DNA of 64,000 nt from Vulcanimicrobiota bacterium (GTDB lineage: Bacteria; Vulcanimicrobiota; Vulcanimicrobiia; Vulcanimicrobiales; Vulcanimicrobiaceae): positions 288,001 through 352,000 of the forward strand of contig CAWGBN010000007.1 in NCBI GenBank assembly GCA_963820825.1, in the 5' to 3' direction. The position numbers were made by a program, and so were the translations under genes. Below are positions 10,032 through 20,143 of this stretch, piece by piece. The notes under the pieces are model-generated. The model was not told the DNA's origin and ran no database searches. It saw only the letters and a list, made by a program, of their open reading frames with translations. Within the stretch, counting starts at the first letter, position 1, and each line of letters begins with the position of its first letter.

Positions 10032-11192
10032 CTATCCATGGAGCCCCAAGCCGACCATCATCTCAAATCCGATCTCGAGCGCTCGCTCGTCGACGTCGAA
10101 GTGCGCGCTGTGGTGCGGCTCGCGCGCGTTCGGTCCGCGCGCGCCGAGCAAAAAATAGGCGCCCGCGCGCCGCTGCTGCATGAACGACATATCCTCCGAC
10201 CACGTTACCAGCGGATGCGGATCGACGATCTTCTCGGCTCCCACGACGCGGCGCGCAACTTCACGCACGACGTCGTTCATCGCCGGATCGTTCACCGTCG
10301 GCGGATAGACCCAATGATACTCGAACTTGCCCTCAAGACGCATCGCGGCGCAGAGTCCCTCGAGCAGACGCTCGATGCGTTCGGGAAGCGCCTTGCGAAC
10401 CTCGTCGTCGAACGCGCGGACCGTTCCTTGAAGCGTCGCGCGTTCTGGGATGACGTTAAAGGTCGTCCCGGCGTGGAGCGAGCCAACGGTCACTACGACG
10501 GGCTGCGCCGGCGCGACTTCGCGGCTCACAATAGTTTGAAGAAGCGAGATCAGCTCGGCGGCGCCGACGATCGGGTCGACCGCCTTCTCGGGCATCGCCC
10601 CGTGACCGCCCTGACCGACCAACTCGATGTCGAAGCGATCGGAGGACGAGAAGAACGGGCCGTCGCGTATCCCGATCTTCCCCGCTTCGAGTCCGCTGTA
10701 AAGGTGCAGTGCGAACGTGCGGTCGACGTGCGGATTCTCGAGCGCGCCGTCGTCGATCATCAGCTTGTTTCCGGAGTGGCCTTCTTCGCCCGGCTGAAAG
10801 CAGAAGACGAGCGTTCCCTGCACGTCGCTCTTGCGGGCGTGGAGCTCGCGCGCCGCAGCGAGCAGAATCGCCATGTGCCCATCGTGTCCGCACGCATGCA
10901 TGACGCCCGCTTGGGTCGAGCGATACGGCGCCTCGCTCTCCTCCTGAACCGGCAGCGCGTCCATATCGGCGCGCAGCAGCGTGACCGGACCCGGCTTGCC
11001 GCCGCGCAGCGTCGCCAAGATGCCAGTCCCTCCAATTCCGGTGCGAATCTCGTCGAATCCAAACGAACGCAGCTCGCGCTCGATGAACGCGGCGGTCTCG
11101 TGCTCGACGAGCGAGAGCTCCGGATGCGCGTGGAAATGGCGGCGATAGCGAATGAGCGCCTCAGCGAGAGTCTCGACGTTATTTATTGCCAA
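10032..11192 (-). CDS. M20D family amidohydrolase
   Basis: RRHFHAHPELS, LRADMDALP, MHACGHDGH, FQPGEE, SEDMS, HH motifs. Confidence 0.94.
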   Translation of the reverse strand: MAINNVETLAEALIRYRRHFHAHPELSLVEHETAAFIERELRSFGFDEIRTGIGGTGILATLRGGKPGPVTLLRADMDALPVQEESEAPYRSTQAGVMHACGHDGHMAILLAAARELHARKSDVQGTLVFCFQPGEEGHSGNKLMIDDGALENPHVDRTFALHLYSGLEAGKIGIRDGPFFSSSDRFDIELVGQGGHGAMPEKAVDPIVGAAELISLLQTIVSREVAPAQPVVVTVGSLHAGTTFNVIPERATLQGTVRAFDDEVRKALPERIERLLEGLCAAMRLEGKFEYHWVYPPTVNDPAMNDVVREVARRVVGAEKIVDPHPLVTWSEDMSFMQQRRAGAYFLLGARGPNAREPHHSAHFDVDERALEIGFEMMVGLGLHG

Positions 11193-11231
11193 AGTCTATC
11201 CTTCCGTCTGCGGGGACGAGCGGTTCGGCGA

Positions 11232-11975
11232 TCACGGATCGTAATCCATGCGCATGTCGATCTCGCCGACAACCGGCGTGCAGAGGAACTGCGCCGCCAC
11301 GTACTGATGACCCTGAACGCTTCCGAGCGCTGCGGCATCGACGCCCTCGACGCCGCTGGAGGTGAGCAGCTTCTCGCCGACGGCGTGACCGTTCGAATCG
11401 ATGAAGACGCGAAACTCCGTCGACAACGGGCGGTTACCGAAATGACCGATTAAGCCTCCGTCGTCGCTGCCGCCCGCGGGCGGGCGATACATCTTCCCGC
11501 ATGCGAGCTTGCCGAGCGATTGCAGATGCTTTGCTGCAATGGCGCTCACGTCGGCGGGCGCGCCGTCGATCGGATCGCCGATTGGAAAGACGTAAGACGG
11601 ACATCCAACGCTGGCGCCGCGGTCGACGGCAAATGAATCGACGAAGAAATACTTGATCGTATCGGGAGCCGGCAGCGTGACGGCTACCGGATCCATCCCT
11701 CGGTCGGTAATGGGTCCGGAGAGATTCGCATCCGGCAGCGCCACGTCGTAGGCATCGCTGTTGCTGATCAGCGTCACGTGCGCGGCGAGCGTCGTTCCCT
11801 GTTCGGCGAAGATTGCGACCCCGTACCGGCCGGTACTGCCGAGCGGGGCGACGGCGGCGATGACGCCGCAGAACGGGTTCGAATACTTCCAGTCGGCGGC
11901 CGGCGCGTCGGCGGCTCGTGCCGGTATGCACGAGTACAGTAGCGCCACGAGAAGCGCCGCGGCCCTTAGCTGCAT
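11232..11975 (-). CDS. Secreted protein with C-terminal TonB_C-like domain
   Basis: Signal peptide MQLRAAALLVALL; C-terminal VFIDSNG...LLTSSG...D-AAL pattern. Confidence 0.6.
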   Translation of the reverse strand: MQLRAAALLVALLYSCIPARAADAPAADWKYSNPFCGVIAAVAPLGSTGRYGVAIFAEQGTTLAAHVTLISNSDAYDVALPDANLSGPITDRGMDPVAVTLPAPDTIKYFFVDSFAVDRGASVGCPSYVFPIGDPIDGAPADVSAIAAKHLQSLGKLACGKMYRPPAGGSDDGGLIGHFGNRPLSTEFRVFIDSNGHAVGEKLLTSSGVEGVDAAALGSVQGHQYVAAQFLCTPVVGEIDMRMDYDP

Positions 11976-12052
11976 GGCGCCGTCTTTTTGGCTATGCCCG
12001 CTCGCTACCTTCGCCGCAGGATTCGGCACGGGCGGCGAGCGAGTACGCGTCG

Positions 12053-13078
12053 GTGACCGCTCGCAAGACGACCGCACCGGCCCCGCAGCGCCATGGTTTA
12101 ACCGACGAACGGCTCATCGCCATCTTCCGAACGATGGTGATGCAGCGTACCCTCGAGAACCGCGGCTTCCAGCTGAACCGCCAAGGAAAAATTCCCTTTG
12201 CCTCGGCGAGCGAAGGGCACGAGGGGGTCCAGGCCGGCGCCGCGATGGCGTTCGAACGCGGAAAGGACATCCTCGTTCCGTACTATCGCGACCTTGGACT
12301 CGCTCTGGGCATCGGCCTGACGCCCTTCGAGGTGCTCCTCTCGCTCTTCGCACGAGCCGCCGATCATTCGGCCGGGCGACAGTTTCCGCACCACTACGCG
12401 AGCCGGCGCCTAGGTCTGCACTCGATCAGCTCGGTCATCGCGGCGCAGCTTCCGCATGCGGTCGGGGCCGCGTACGCGCTAAAATACCGCAACGAAGGCG
12501 GTCGAGCCGTACTGACGACCTTCGGTGATGGCGCCACCAGCGAAGGCGAGTGGCACGAATCGCTCAATTTTGCCGCCGTGCACGCGCTGCCGGTAGTCTT
12601 TCTCTGCGAGAACAACGAATGGGCTATCTCGACGCCGCTCGCCAAACAGATGGCGCAACCCGACGTCCATAAGCGTGCGGCCGGGTACGGCATGCCCGGG
12701 ACGGTCGTGGACGGGATGGATCCGATCGCGTGTTACGTCTCGGTCGGCGAGGCGCTCGCTCGCGCGCGGTCGGGTGGCGGTCCGACCTTGGTCGAAGCGA
12801 AGTGCTATCGCTTTCTCTCGCACACGACCGACGACGACGACCGCACGTACCGTTCGCGCGACGAGGTCGAAGCCCGGCGCAAGAACGATCCCATCCCTTG
12901 CTTCGAGCGCTTCCTGGTCGAGCACGCGGTCTTGACCGTCGAGGGCGTAGAAGCGTTGAAGCGTTCCGTCCTCGAAGAGGCCAACGATGCCACCGACCGG
13001 GCAGAGGGGATGGCCTATCCCGCGGCGGCAGATCTCTACGAGCGGGTCTATGCGGAGCGCTGGGACCCGTGGCTTTGA
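12053..13078 (+). CDS. 2-oxoacid dehydrogenase E1 alpha subunit, copy 1 (BCKDH-like)
   Basis: LNRQGK, GHEG-Q, YYRD, TPP motif GDGATSEG...ENN, RFLSHTTDDD. Confidence 0.93.
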   Translation: MTARKTTAPAPQRHGLTDERLIAIFRTMVMQRTLENRGFQLNRQGKIPFASASEGHEGVQAGAAMAFERGKDILVPYYRDLGLALGIGLTPFEVLLSLFARAADHSAGRQFPHHYASRRLGLHSISSVIAAQLPHAVGAAYALKYRNEGGRAVLTTFGDGATSEGEWHESLNFAAVHALPVVFLCENNEWAISTPLAKQMAQPDVHKRAAGYGMPGTVVDGMDPIACYVSVGEALARARSGGGPTLVEAKCYRFLSHTTDDDDRTYRSRDEVEARRKNDPIPCFERFLVEHAVLTVEGVEALKRSVLEEANDATDRAEGMAYPAAADLYERVYAERWDPWL

Positions 13079-13098
13079 TGAACGAGACGGAATGAACG

Positions 13099-14127
13099 AT
13101 GGCTAGTACCGACACTGCAACCGGAACGCTGGAGCGCCACGGCCTGAGCAACGAGCAGTTGCGCGCGATCTTCCGCAATATGCTGCTCCAGCGTCAGCTC
13201 GACAACCGCGGCTTTCAACTGAATCGTCAAGGCAAGGTGCCGTTCGCGCTCGGCAGCGAGGGTCACGAAGCGCTGCAGGCCGGCGCCGCGATGGCATTCA
13301 ATCGCGGGAGCGATATTCTCGCGCCCTACTATCGCGATCTCGGCCTCTGCCTGGGAATCGGTCTCTCTCCATACGAGATCATGCTCTCGATCTTCGCGCG
13401 CGCCGCCGACCACAACGGCGGGCGCCAATTCCCGAACCACTACTCGTCGAAGGCGGCGGGGCTGATGTCCTTCTCGTCGATTCTCGCGGCGCATCTCCCG
13501 CACGCGGTCGGCGCCGCTTATGCGATCAAGTATCGGGGCGAGACGGGACGCGCCGTGCTCGCAACTTGCGGCGACGGAACGACGAGCGAAGGCGAGTGGC
13601 ACGAGTCGATGAACTTTGCCGCCGTTCACAAGCTGCCGTTCGTAATGCTCGTCGAGAACAACGAATGGGCGATCTCGACGCCGCTCGCCAAGCAGATGGC
13701 CGAGCCGCAGATCTGGAAACGGGCGGCCGGATACGGCATGCCGGGGGCGCGGTTCAACGGATTCGATCCGACCGAGACGTACGCGGCGGTCAAAGCGGCG
13801 ATGGACCGCGCCCGCAACGGCGGCGGCCCGACGCTCGTCGAGGGCACGTGCTATCGGTATCTCGCGCACTCGACCGACGACAACGATATGACCTATCGCA
13901 CGCGCGAAGCGGTGATGGAACGGCGCAAGCAAGATCCGGTGCCTGCATTCGAGGCGGTGCTGATCGAGCACGGCGTTCTGAGCGCGCAGGACGTCGCCGA
14001 GATGCGTAAATCGGTCTTGAACGAGACGAACGAAGCGACCGACGCCGCCGAGGCGCAGCCCTATCCGCGGGCTTCCGATCTCTACACACACCTCTACGAA
14101 GGAGCGTGGCAGCCGTGGCAGTCGTAA
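13099..14127 (+). CDS. 2-oxoacid dehydrogenase E1 alpha subunit, copy 2
   Basis: Same motifs: GDGTTSEG...ENN, RYLAHSTDDND. Confidence 0.93.
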   Translation: MASTDTATGTLERHGLSNEQLRAIFRNMLLQRQLDNRGFQLNRQGKVPFALGSEGHEALQAGAAMAFNRGSDILAPYYRDLGLCLGIGLSPYEIMLSIFARAADHNGGRQFPNHYSSKAAGLMSFSSILAAHLPHAVGAAYAIKYRGETGRAVLATCGDGTTSEGEWHESMNFAAVHKLPFVMLVENNEWAISTPLAKQMAEPQIWKRAAGYGMPGARFNGFDPTETYAAVKAAMDRARNGGGPTLVEGTCYRYLAHSTDDNDMTYRTREAVMERRKQDPVPAFEAVLIEHGVLSAQDVAEMRKSVLNETNEATDAAEAQPYPRASDLYTHLYEGAWQPWQS

Positions 14128-15119
14128 GCGCTAACTCCACCGTGATGAATAACGTCGAGGCGGTCCGCGCCACGCTCTACGAGGCGCTGAAGACCGACGA
14201 CCGCACGGTGATCATCGGTGAAGACGTCGGCGCGCGCGGCAACGTCTTCCTCATCACCAAGGATTTCGTCAACGAGTTCGGCGAGCGCCGGGTCATCGAC
14301 ACGCCGATCGCCGAGGCCTCGATCGTCGGCATCGCCGTCGGCATGGCGATGGAGGGTCTGCGTCCGATCGCCGAGATCCAGTTCGCAGACTTCATCTATC
14401 CGTCGTTCAACCAGATCGTCGGCGAAGCGGCGAAGATCCGTTACCGCTCCAACGGCGAGTACACGTGTCCGATGGTAATCCGAACGCCCTACGGCGGCGG
14501 CGTCCGCGGCGCGCTCTCGCACTCGGTCTCAGTCGAAGCGCTCTTCTATCACGTGCCGGGGCTCAAGATCGTCGCGCCGGCCTTCCCGGCCGACGTCAAG
14601 GGCCTGCTGAACACCGCGATCGACGATCCCGATCCCGTCCTCTTCCTGGAGCACAAGAAGACCTATCGCCTCATCAAAGGCGAAGTACCCAACGGACACT
14701 ATACGATTCCGCTCGGCAAAGCCAACGTGTTACAGGAAGGTAACCAGCTCACCGTCGTTTCGTACGGTCTCTACGTCCATTGGGCGCTCGAAGCGGCAAA
14801 GCAGCTCCAGCAGGATGGTCTCTCGGTCGAAGTGATCGATCTGCGTTCGATTCGTCCGATGGACAAGACGACGATTCTCGAGAGCGTTCGAAAGACGCGC
14901 AAGCTGCTCATCATTCACGAGGATAATAAGTTCGGCGGAATCGGTGCCGAGATCAGCGCGATGGTCGCCGAGGAGGCGCTCTTCCATCTCGACGCCCCGA
15001 TTCGTCGTCTCTGCGGTCCCGACGTTCCCGCGATGGGGTACGCGATGCCGCTCGAGGAAGAGTTTATGTCGACGCCGGCCGAGATGGCCGACGCGATGCG
15101 AGAGATGGTGAAGTTCTAA
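14115..15119 (+). CDS. 2-oxoacid dehydrogenase E1 beta subunit
   Basis: GEDVG, DTPIAE, EIQFADF, GALSHS, EVIDLRS; start uncertain (14106/14115). Confidence 0.94.
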   Translation: MAVVSANSTVMNNVEAVRATLYEALKTDDRTVIIGEDVGARGNVFLITKDFVNEFGERRVIDTPIAEASIVGIAVGMAMEGLRPIAEIQFADFIYPSFNQIVGEAAKIRYRSNGEYTCPMVIRTPYGGGVRGALSHSVSVEALFYHVPGLKIVAPAFPADVKGLLNTAIDDPDPVLFLEHKKTYRLIKGEVPNGHYTIPLGKANVLQEGNQLTVVSYGLYVHWALEAAKQLQQDGLSVEVIDLRSIRPMDKTTILESVRKTRKLLIIHEDNKFGGIGAEISAMVAEEALFHLDAPIRRLCGPDVPAMGYAMPLEEEFMSTPAEMADAMREMVKF

Positions 15120-16429
15120 TGGCGACTACGATCACGATGCCGCAGCTCGGCGAGACGGTTACCGAAGGTACCGTCGCGCAGTGGCTCAAGAAGGTCGGCG
15201 ACTCCGTCGACAAATACGAAGATTTCGTCGAAGTGTCGACCGACAAGGTCAACGCGGGCGTACCCTCTCCCGTCACCGGAACGATTCGCGAGTTGCTCGT
15301 CAAAGAGGGCGAAACCGTCGCGACCGGAACGCCGATTGCCGTCATCGACGAAGTCGGTGCGGCGGCCGCACCTCCCGCGCCGGCGCAGGCCGCGCCGCGC
15401 GCAGAAGCGGTGCAGTCCCCGTCGGGCAACGGCGCGACGCCGACCGCAGCCGACACGGCCGAAGCTGAGAACGCGGCGCGCGGCGCGTCGCCGGCGGTTC
15501 GGCGCCTCGCTCGCGAGCATCACGTGGACATCCGGACGATCAAAGGAAGCGGTGCAAACGGGCGCGTTACCGCCGAAGATATTCTCATGGCGGCGCGCAA
15601 TGTCGTCGCGGCCGTCGCACCGCCGGCTCCGCCGTCGCACGCCGCGCCGCCGCCGGCCGCACCTCCGACCGGTCTCCCGAGCGACGCGCGAACGTCAACG
15701 TACGCGCAGCCGGTTCCCGGCACCATGGTTTCGCTCTCGCAGGCTCGCCGCATCATCGCCGAACGGATGGTCGAGAGCAAGCATACCGCGCCGCACGCGT
15801 GGTCCATGGTCGAAGTCGACGTCACCGACGTCTGGCAGTGGCGCGTACGCGAGAAAGACCGGTTCGAGCGCGAGACCGGCTATCGCCTGACGCTGCTCCC
15901 CTTCTTCATCCGCGCCGTCGTACAGGCGCTCGCCGCGTTTCCGTTAATGAACGCGAAGTTCGTCGCCGCGAGCGGTTCGACGCAAGCCGGTATTTACGTC
16001 AACCCCGAGGTCAACGTCGGCATCGCGATCGGCCTGCCGACAAATCTCGTCGTACCGGTCATCCGCCACGCCGATAAGCTCTCGATCAAGGGCCTCGCGG
16101 TCGCGGCCGGTGAATTGATCGAGAAGGCTCGCAAGGGCAAGCTCGGGGTCGACGATCTCGCGGGCGGAACGTTTACCGTCAACAACAACGGCGCAAACGG
16201 TTCCTGGGCTTCGGCGCCGATCATTAACGGCGGACAGGCCGGGATCGTCACGATGGAAGCGATCGTGAAGAAGTTGGTCGTGAGACACGACGACACGATC
16301 GCTATCCGGCAGATGATGAACTGCTGCCTCTCGCTCGACCATCGCGTCGTCGATGGATACGTCGCGAGCGGCTTCCTCGCGGCGCTCAAACAGCATCTCG
16401 AATCGATGGGACCGCAAGGAGAACTCTAA
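15119..16429 (+). CDS. Dihydrolipoamide acyltransferase E2
   Basis: Lipoyl domain STDKV, E3-binding ASPAVRRLARE...GRVT-ED, catalytic DHRVVDG. Confidence 0.95.
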   Translation: MATTITMPQLGETVTEGTVAQWLKKVGDSVDKYEDFVEVSTDKVNAGVPSPVTGTIRELLVKEGETVATGTPIAVIDEVGAAAAPPAPAQAAPRAEAVQSPSGNGATPTAADTAEAENAARGASPAVRRLAREHHVDIRTIKGSGANGRVTAEDILMAARNVVAAVAPPAPPSHAAPPPAAPPTGLPSDARTSTYAQPVPGTMVSLSQARRIIAERMVESKHTAPHAWSMVEVDVTDVWQWRVREKDRFERETGYRLTLLPFFIRAVVQALAAFPLMNAKFVAASGSTQAGIYVNPEVNVGIAIGLPTNLVVPVIRHADKLSIKGLAVAAGELIEKARKGKLGVDDLAGGTFTVNNNGANGSWASAPIINGGQAGIVTMEAIVKKLVVRHDDTIAIRQMMNCCLSLDHRVVDGYVASGFLAALKQHLESMGPQGEL

Positions 16430-16798
16430 GCGCAGATCCGCAAACGCTTCCGCTTCGAGGCCGCGCATACGCTCCCGCACCATCCCGGGAAGTGTGCGCG
16501 GATGCACGGACATTCCTATCGCCTCGAGGTCGCCGTCACGGGCCCGCTCAAAACGCGCGGACCGGCGCGCGGCATGGTCGAGGATTTCGATCGTATCGAA
16601 CGCGCGGTCAACGAGCGCGTCGTCGACCTGCTCGACCACCAGTACCTCAACGACTTCATCGACAACCCGACGGTCGAAAATATCGTGCTCTGGATTTGGA
16701 AGCACCTCGAAACCGCCGTCCCTCGTCTGGACGAAGTCGTTCTCTGGGAGACCGCGACCGCGTGCGCCGTCCTCCGCCGTGCCGACGCCGCCCGCTAG
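16430..16798 (+). CDS. queD: 6-carboxy-5,6,7,8-tetrahydropterin synthase (no canonical start codon)
   Basis: QIRKRFRFEAAH-LP...KCARMHGHSY, LDHQYLN, NPTVEN, WET; frame opens with GCG right after the E2 TAA. Confidence 0.88.
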   Translation, partial: AQIRKRFRFEAAHTLPHHPGKCARMHGHSYRLEVAVTGPLKTRGPARGMVEDFDRIERAVNERVVDLLDHQYLNDFIDNPTVENIVLWIWKHLETAVPRLDEVVLWETATACAVLRRADAAR

Positions 16799-16827
16799 CG
16801 TGGCCACTCCTCGGCGTAATTGAAATT

Positions 16828-17402
16828 GTGTTGCAACTCAGCGAGATCTTCTACAGCATTCAGGGGAGGGCACGTGGGCCGGGACGCCGGCGGTATTCGT
16901 CCGTCTGGCCGGCTGTAACCTCGCCTGCGATTTCTGCGATACCGACTACTCGACGAAGTTCTTTTCAAGCGTTGAGGAGATCGTGGCGATGGTTCGCGCC
17001 GCCGGTGCCGATTGCCCGATGGTCGTGCTGACCGGCGGCGAACCGCTCGCACAGGCGCAGACGCTGGAGTTGATCGACGCCCTGCGCCGCGACGGCCGGC
17101 GCGTGCACGTCGAGTCGAACGGGACGATCTTCACCGAGCTGCCGCGCGACGTCTGGCTCTGCGTCTCGCCGAAGGAACGCGTCGATCCGCGCATGGCCGC
17201 GCGGGCCGACGAAGCGAAGCTCATCGTGGACGCGCGCGTTCCCGAAGAGCATCTCGCGCTCTTCGGCGAGCAGCCGACGATCCTGTTGCAACCCGAAGGG
17301 AACAAGCCGGCGAACGTAACGCTCGCCCTCGATTACGCGAAAGCGCACCCGAAACGCTTTCGCCTCTCGCTGCAGACGCATAAGTTCATCGGCGTGCCGT
17401 GA
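16828..17402 (+). CDS. queE: 7-carboxy-7-deazaguanine synthase (radical SAM), frameshifted near 16865
   Basis: EIFYSIQG/[E]G...FVRLAGCNLACDFCDT, TGGEP, ESNG, SPK, SLQTHK; one G missing in the CAGGGGAGGG run. Confidence 0.9.
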
Positions 17403-18010
17403 TACTGCTCGCCGCCGCGGTCGGCGCGGAACTCGAATCCTGGCAGGCGCCCGACGGCGTGGAGACGCTCATCACCGGAGTCGGACCGGTCGAAGCCTCG
17501 TGCGCCGTCGCCGCCGCGCTCGCGCAGCGCCGTTACGACCTGGTCGTCAACGCCGGAATCGCCGGCGTCTTCGACGGCGCGGCTTCGATTGGGGACGGGG
17601 TCGTGGTGGCGGAGGATACGATGGAGCTGGCACTCGAGAGCGGCGCACCGCTCGCGTTGCCGGTGGGGATCCGGCTCGTCGATACGGCGCGCTCGGACGC
17701 CGCCCTCGTGGAACGACTGAAAGCGAACGGCTTTGCCGCGCTTCGCGCCGTCACCGTTGCGCGCGTTACCGCAAGTGAGACGACCGCACGGCGTCTCGCT
17801 CGCGAATGCGGGGCGCAGGTCGAATCGATGGAGGGCTTTGCGGTCCTGCGGGCCGCGGAGCGTGCGGGCGTGCGAGCGGTCGAACTGCGCGGGATCTCGA
17901 ATCGCTGCGGTAATCGGGAGACGAGCGGATGGAGCTTCGCAGCGGGCGTTGCCGGGCTGCACCGCGTTCTCGATGCACTCTTCGCCCTCGATCGAAACGA
18001 AAGAGCGTAA
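17399..18010 (+). CDS. mqnB: Futalosine hydrolase
   Basis: TGVGPV-A, VNAGIAG, ESMEG, ELRGISN-CG-R...W; adjacent to mqnD. Confidence 0.85.
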   Translation: MILLAAAVGAELESWQAPDGVETLITGVGPVEASCAVAAALAQRRYDLVVNAGIAGVFDGAASIGDGVVVAEDTMELALESGAPLALPVGIRLVDTARSDAALVERLKANGFAALRAVTVARVTASETTARRLARECGAQVESMEGFAVLRAAERAGVRAVELRGISNRCGNRETSGWSFAAGVAGLHRVLDALFALDRNERA

Positions 18011-18011
18011 C

Positions 18012-18858
18012 GTGGCCGAATATACGCTGGCATACTCTCCGTGTCCCAACGACACGTACGTCTTCGCTGCGTTGACGAACGGGCTGCTCGACGGCGCGCC
18101 GTCCGTACGCGTCCACCTCGCCGATATCGAAGAGCTCAACACCTCGGCCGCGCGCGGCGAGTTCGAGCTGACCAAGGTGAGTTACGGCGCGATTCCCTCG
18201 CTGATGGACCGCTACCGAATTCTACCCTCCGGCGGCGCGCTCGGGCGCGCAAACGGCCCGTTGCTGGTGGCGCTTCCGGCCGAATCGCCGTCGCTCTTCG
18301 CCGAATTTGCGGGTAAGCGCATCGCAATTCCGGGCAGAGCACACGACCGCCTATCTTCTGCTGCAGCTCGCGCTCGGCGCGCGTCCGAGGACCGTCCCGA
18401 TGCGATTCGATCGCATCATCGCCGCGGTCCAACGCGGTGAGGTCGACGCCGGACTCATCATCCACGAATCGCGCTTTACCTACCGCGACGCCGGCCTGAT
18501 CGCGATCGCCGATCTCGGGGAGTGGTGGGAGAATATGACGCTGCTGCCGACGCCGCTGGGCGCGATTCTCATTCGCGACGATATCGCCGACGCCCAGGTG
18601 CGCGAGGTCGACGCGGCGATACGCCGCAGTCTCGCCTTTGCCCGGGCCAACGAAGCGGCGATCATGCCATACGTGCGGGAGCACGCCGTCGAGATGAGCG
18701 ACGAGGTCATGCGCGCGCACATCGAGCTCTACGTCAACGAGTTCACCGAGAACCTCGGCGAGATCGGGCGCAATGCCGTCCGCGCCTTGTTCTCGCGCGC
18801 CCACGACGCCGGCATTCTGCGCAAGGAGGTAGAGCCACGCTTCGCCGTCGTTTCCTAG
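18012..18858 (+). CDS. mqnD: 1,4-dihydroxy-6-naphthoate synthase, frameshifted near 18337
   Basis: [19 protein letters not shown]/[E][25 protein letters not shown]; extra A in CCGGGCAGAGCAC. Confidence 0.9.
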
Positions 18859-20066
18859 CCGGTAGCGCCGGACTCGCCCTGCGGCAACGGCGCGCGCTCG
18901 AGCCGAACCCGTGCCGCCGGCCCGCATCGAGCTCGGCGACGAAATGTTTCTGCGCGAACCTGGCGCGATCTCGGCAATCGCTGCGTCGGCGTCATCACCA
19001 ATCCGAGCGGCGTCACTTCGCGGCTCGAGTCGATCGTCGACGCGGTGCTGCCGCCACGGCGAATTGCGTCAAGCGCGATCTACGCACCCGAGCACGGCTT
19101 CCGCGGCGATCGCGGCGCGGCGCCGCGGTGGCGTCGTCGATCGATCCGCAGACGCACCTTCCTGTCTTCAGCCTCTACGGCGCGTCGCGCCATCCGAGCG
19201 CCGACATGCTCAACGGCGTCGACGTTCTGCTCTTCGACATTCAGGACGTCGGCTCGCGCGCCTACACGTACATCTCGACGATGGCCTACGCCATGCAAGG
19301 TGCGCGCGAAGCTTCGGCAAGAGAGTTCTGGGTGCTCGACCGGCCCAATCCGATCGGCGGCGAAATCGTCGAGGGTCCGGTGCTCGAGCCGGCCTACGAG
19401 TCGTTCATCGGTCTCTATCCGATTCCGATGCGCCACGGCATGACCATCGGCGAACTGGCCAGGACTCTTCAACGAACACTTCGGCATCGGCGCGCAGCTG
19501 CGCGTCGTGCCGAATGCACGGCTGACGTCGCTCGATGATCTGGCCGGATACCGGTTTGCAGTGGGTGCAGACCTCGCCGAACATTCCGGACTGGGAGACG
19601 ACCTCGTCTACGTCGGCACGGGACTCTCGACAACGCCGGCATCAACAACGGCAGCGGATTCACCAAGCCCTTCTTCCTCGCCGGCACCGCCGGGATCGAC
19701 GGCGCGCGGCTCGCCGCGCGCTTGAACGCGCTCGACCTCGCCGGCGTCTGGTTTCGTCCCGCCGCGTGGTCGCCGCTAACCGGCTTTTGGGAGCATCGCG
19801 AGCTCACCGGGGTCGAGTTGGTCGTCTTCGATCCACGCCGCTTCTACGCCGTGCGAACGGCGGTCGAAATCCTCGTGGCGGTTCGCGATCTCTTTCCCCA
19901 CGCGATCGGCGTGGCGAGCGTGAGCGGGCTCGACCGCGATTGGGGCACCGACACGATCAGGACCGGGCTGCTCGCCGGGAAGAGCGCCAACGAGATTTTC
20001 GCCCAGTGGACCGTTTCGGTCGCGCAGTTCGAATCGCTGCGCCGGCGATACCTGATCTACGATTAA
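18837..20066 (+). pseudogene. namZ: Exo-beta-N-acetylmuramidase NamZ/DUF1343 family with many frameshifts
   Basis: Fragments in alternating frames: Tat-like [61 protein letters not shown]. Confidence 0.85.
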
Positions 20067-20143
20067 GCGCGCGCGGCGCGCCACGCGACGACGCGGAGGA
20101 GGTCATCGAGCGTATCCCGCCCGAAACGTCCTACTTCTTTCGT

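Noticed and set aside
10020..11453. 477-aa + strand ORF and similar long antisense ORFs (4724..6010, 36779..38086, 43975..45336, 62802..63902)
   Set aside because: Shadow frames of well-supported genes in high-GC DNA, with no recognisable motifs.
16855..16875. Programmed frameshift in queE
   Set aside because: A homopolymer deletion among many nearby indels; assembly error is more likely.
16430..17402. queD/queE as a 7-deazaguanine DNA-modification (dpd) island
   Set aside because: No dpdA/tgt-like, helicase or nuclease genes nearby; the context is housekeeping.
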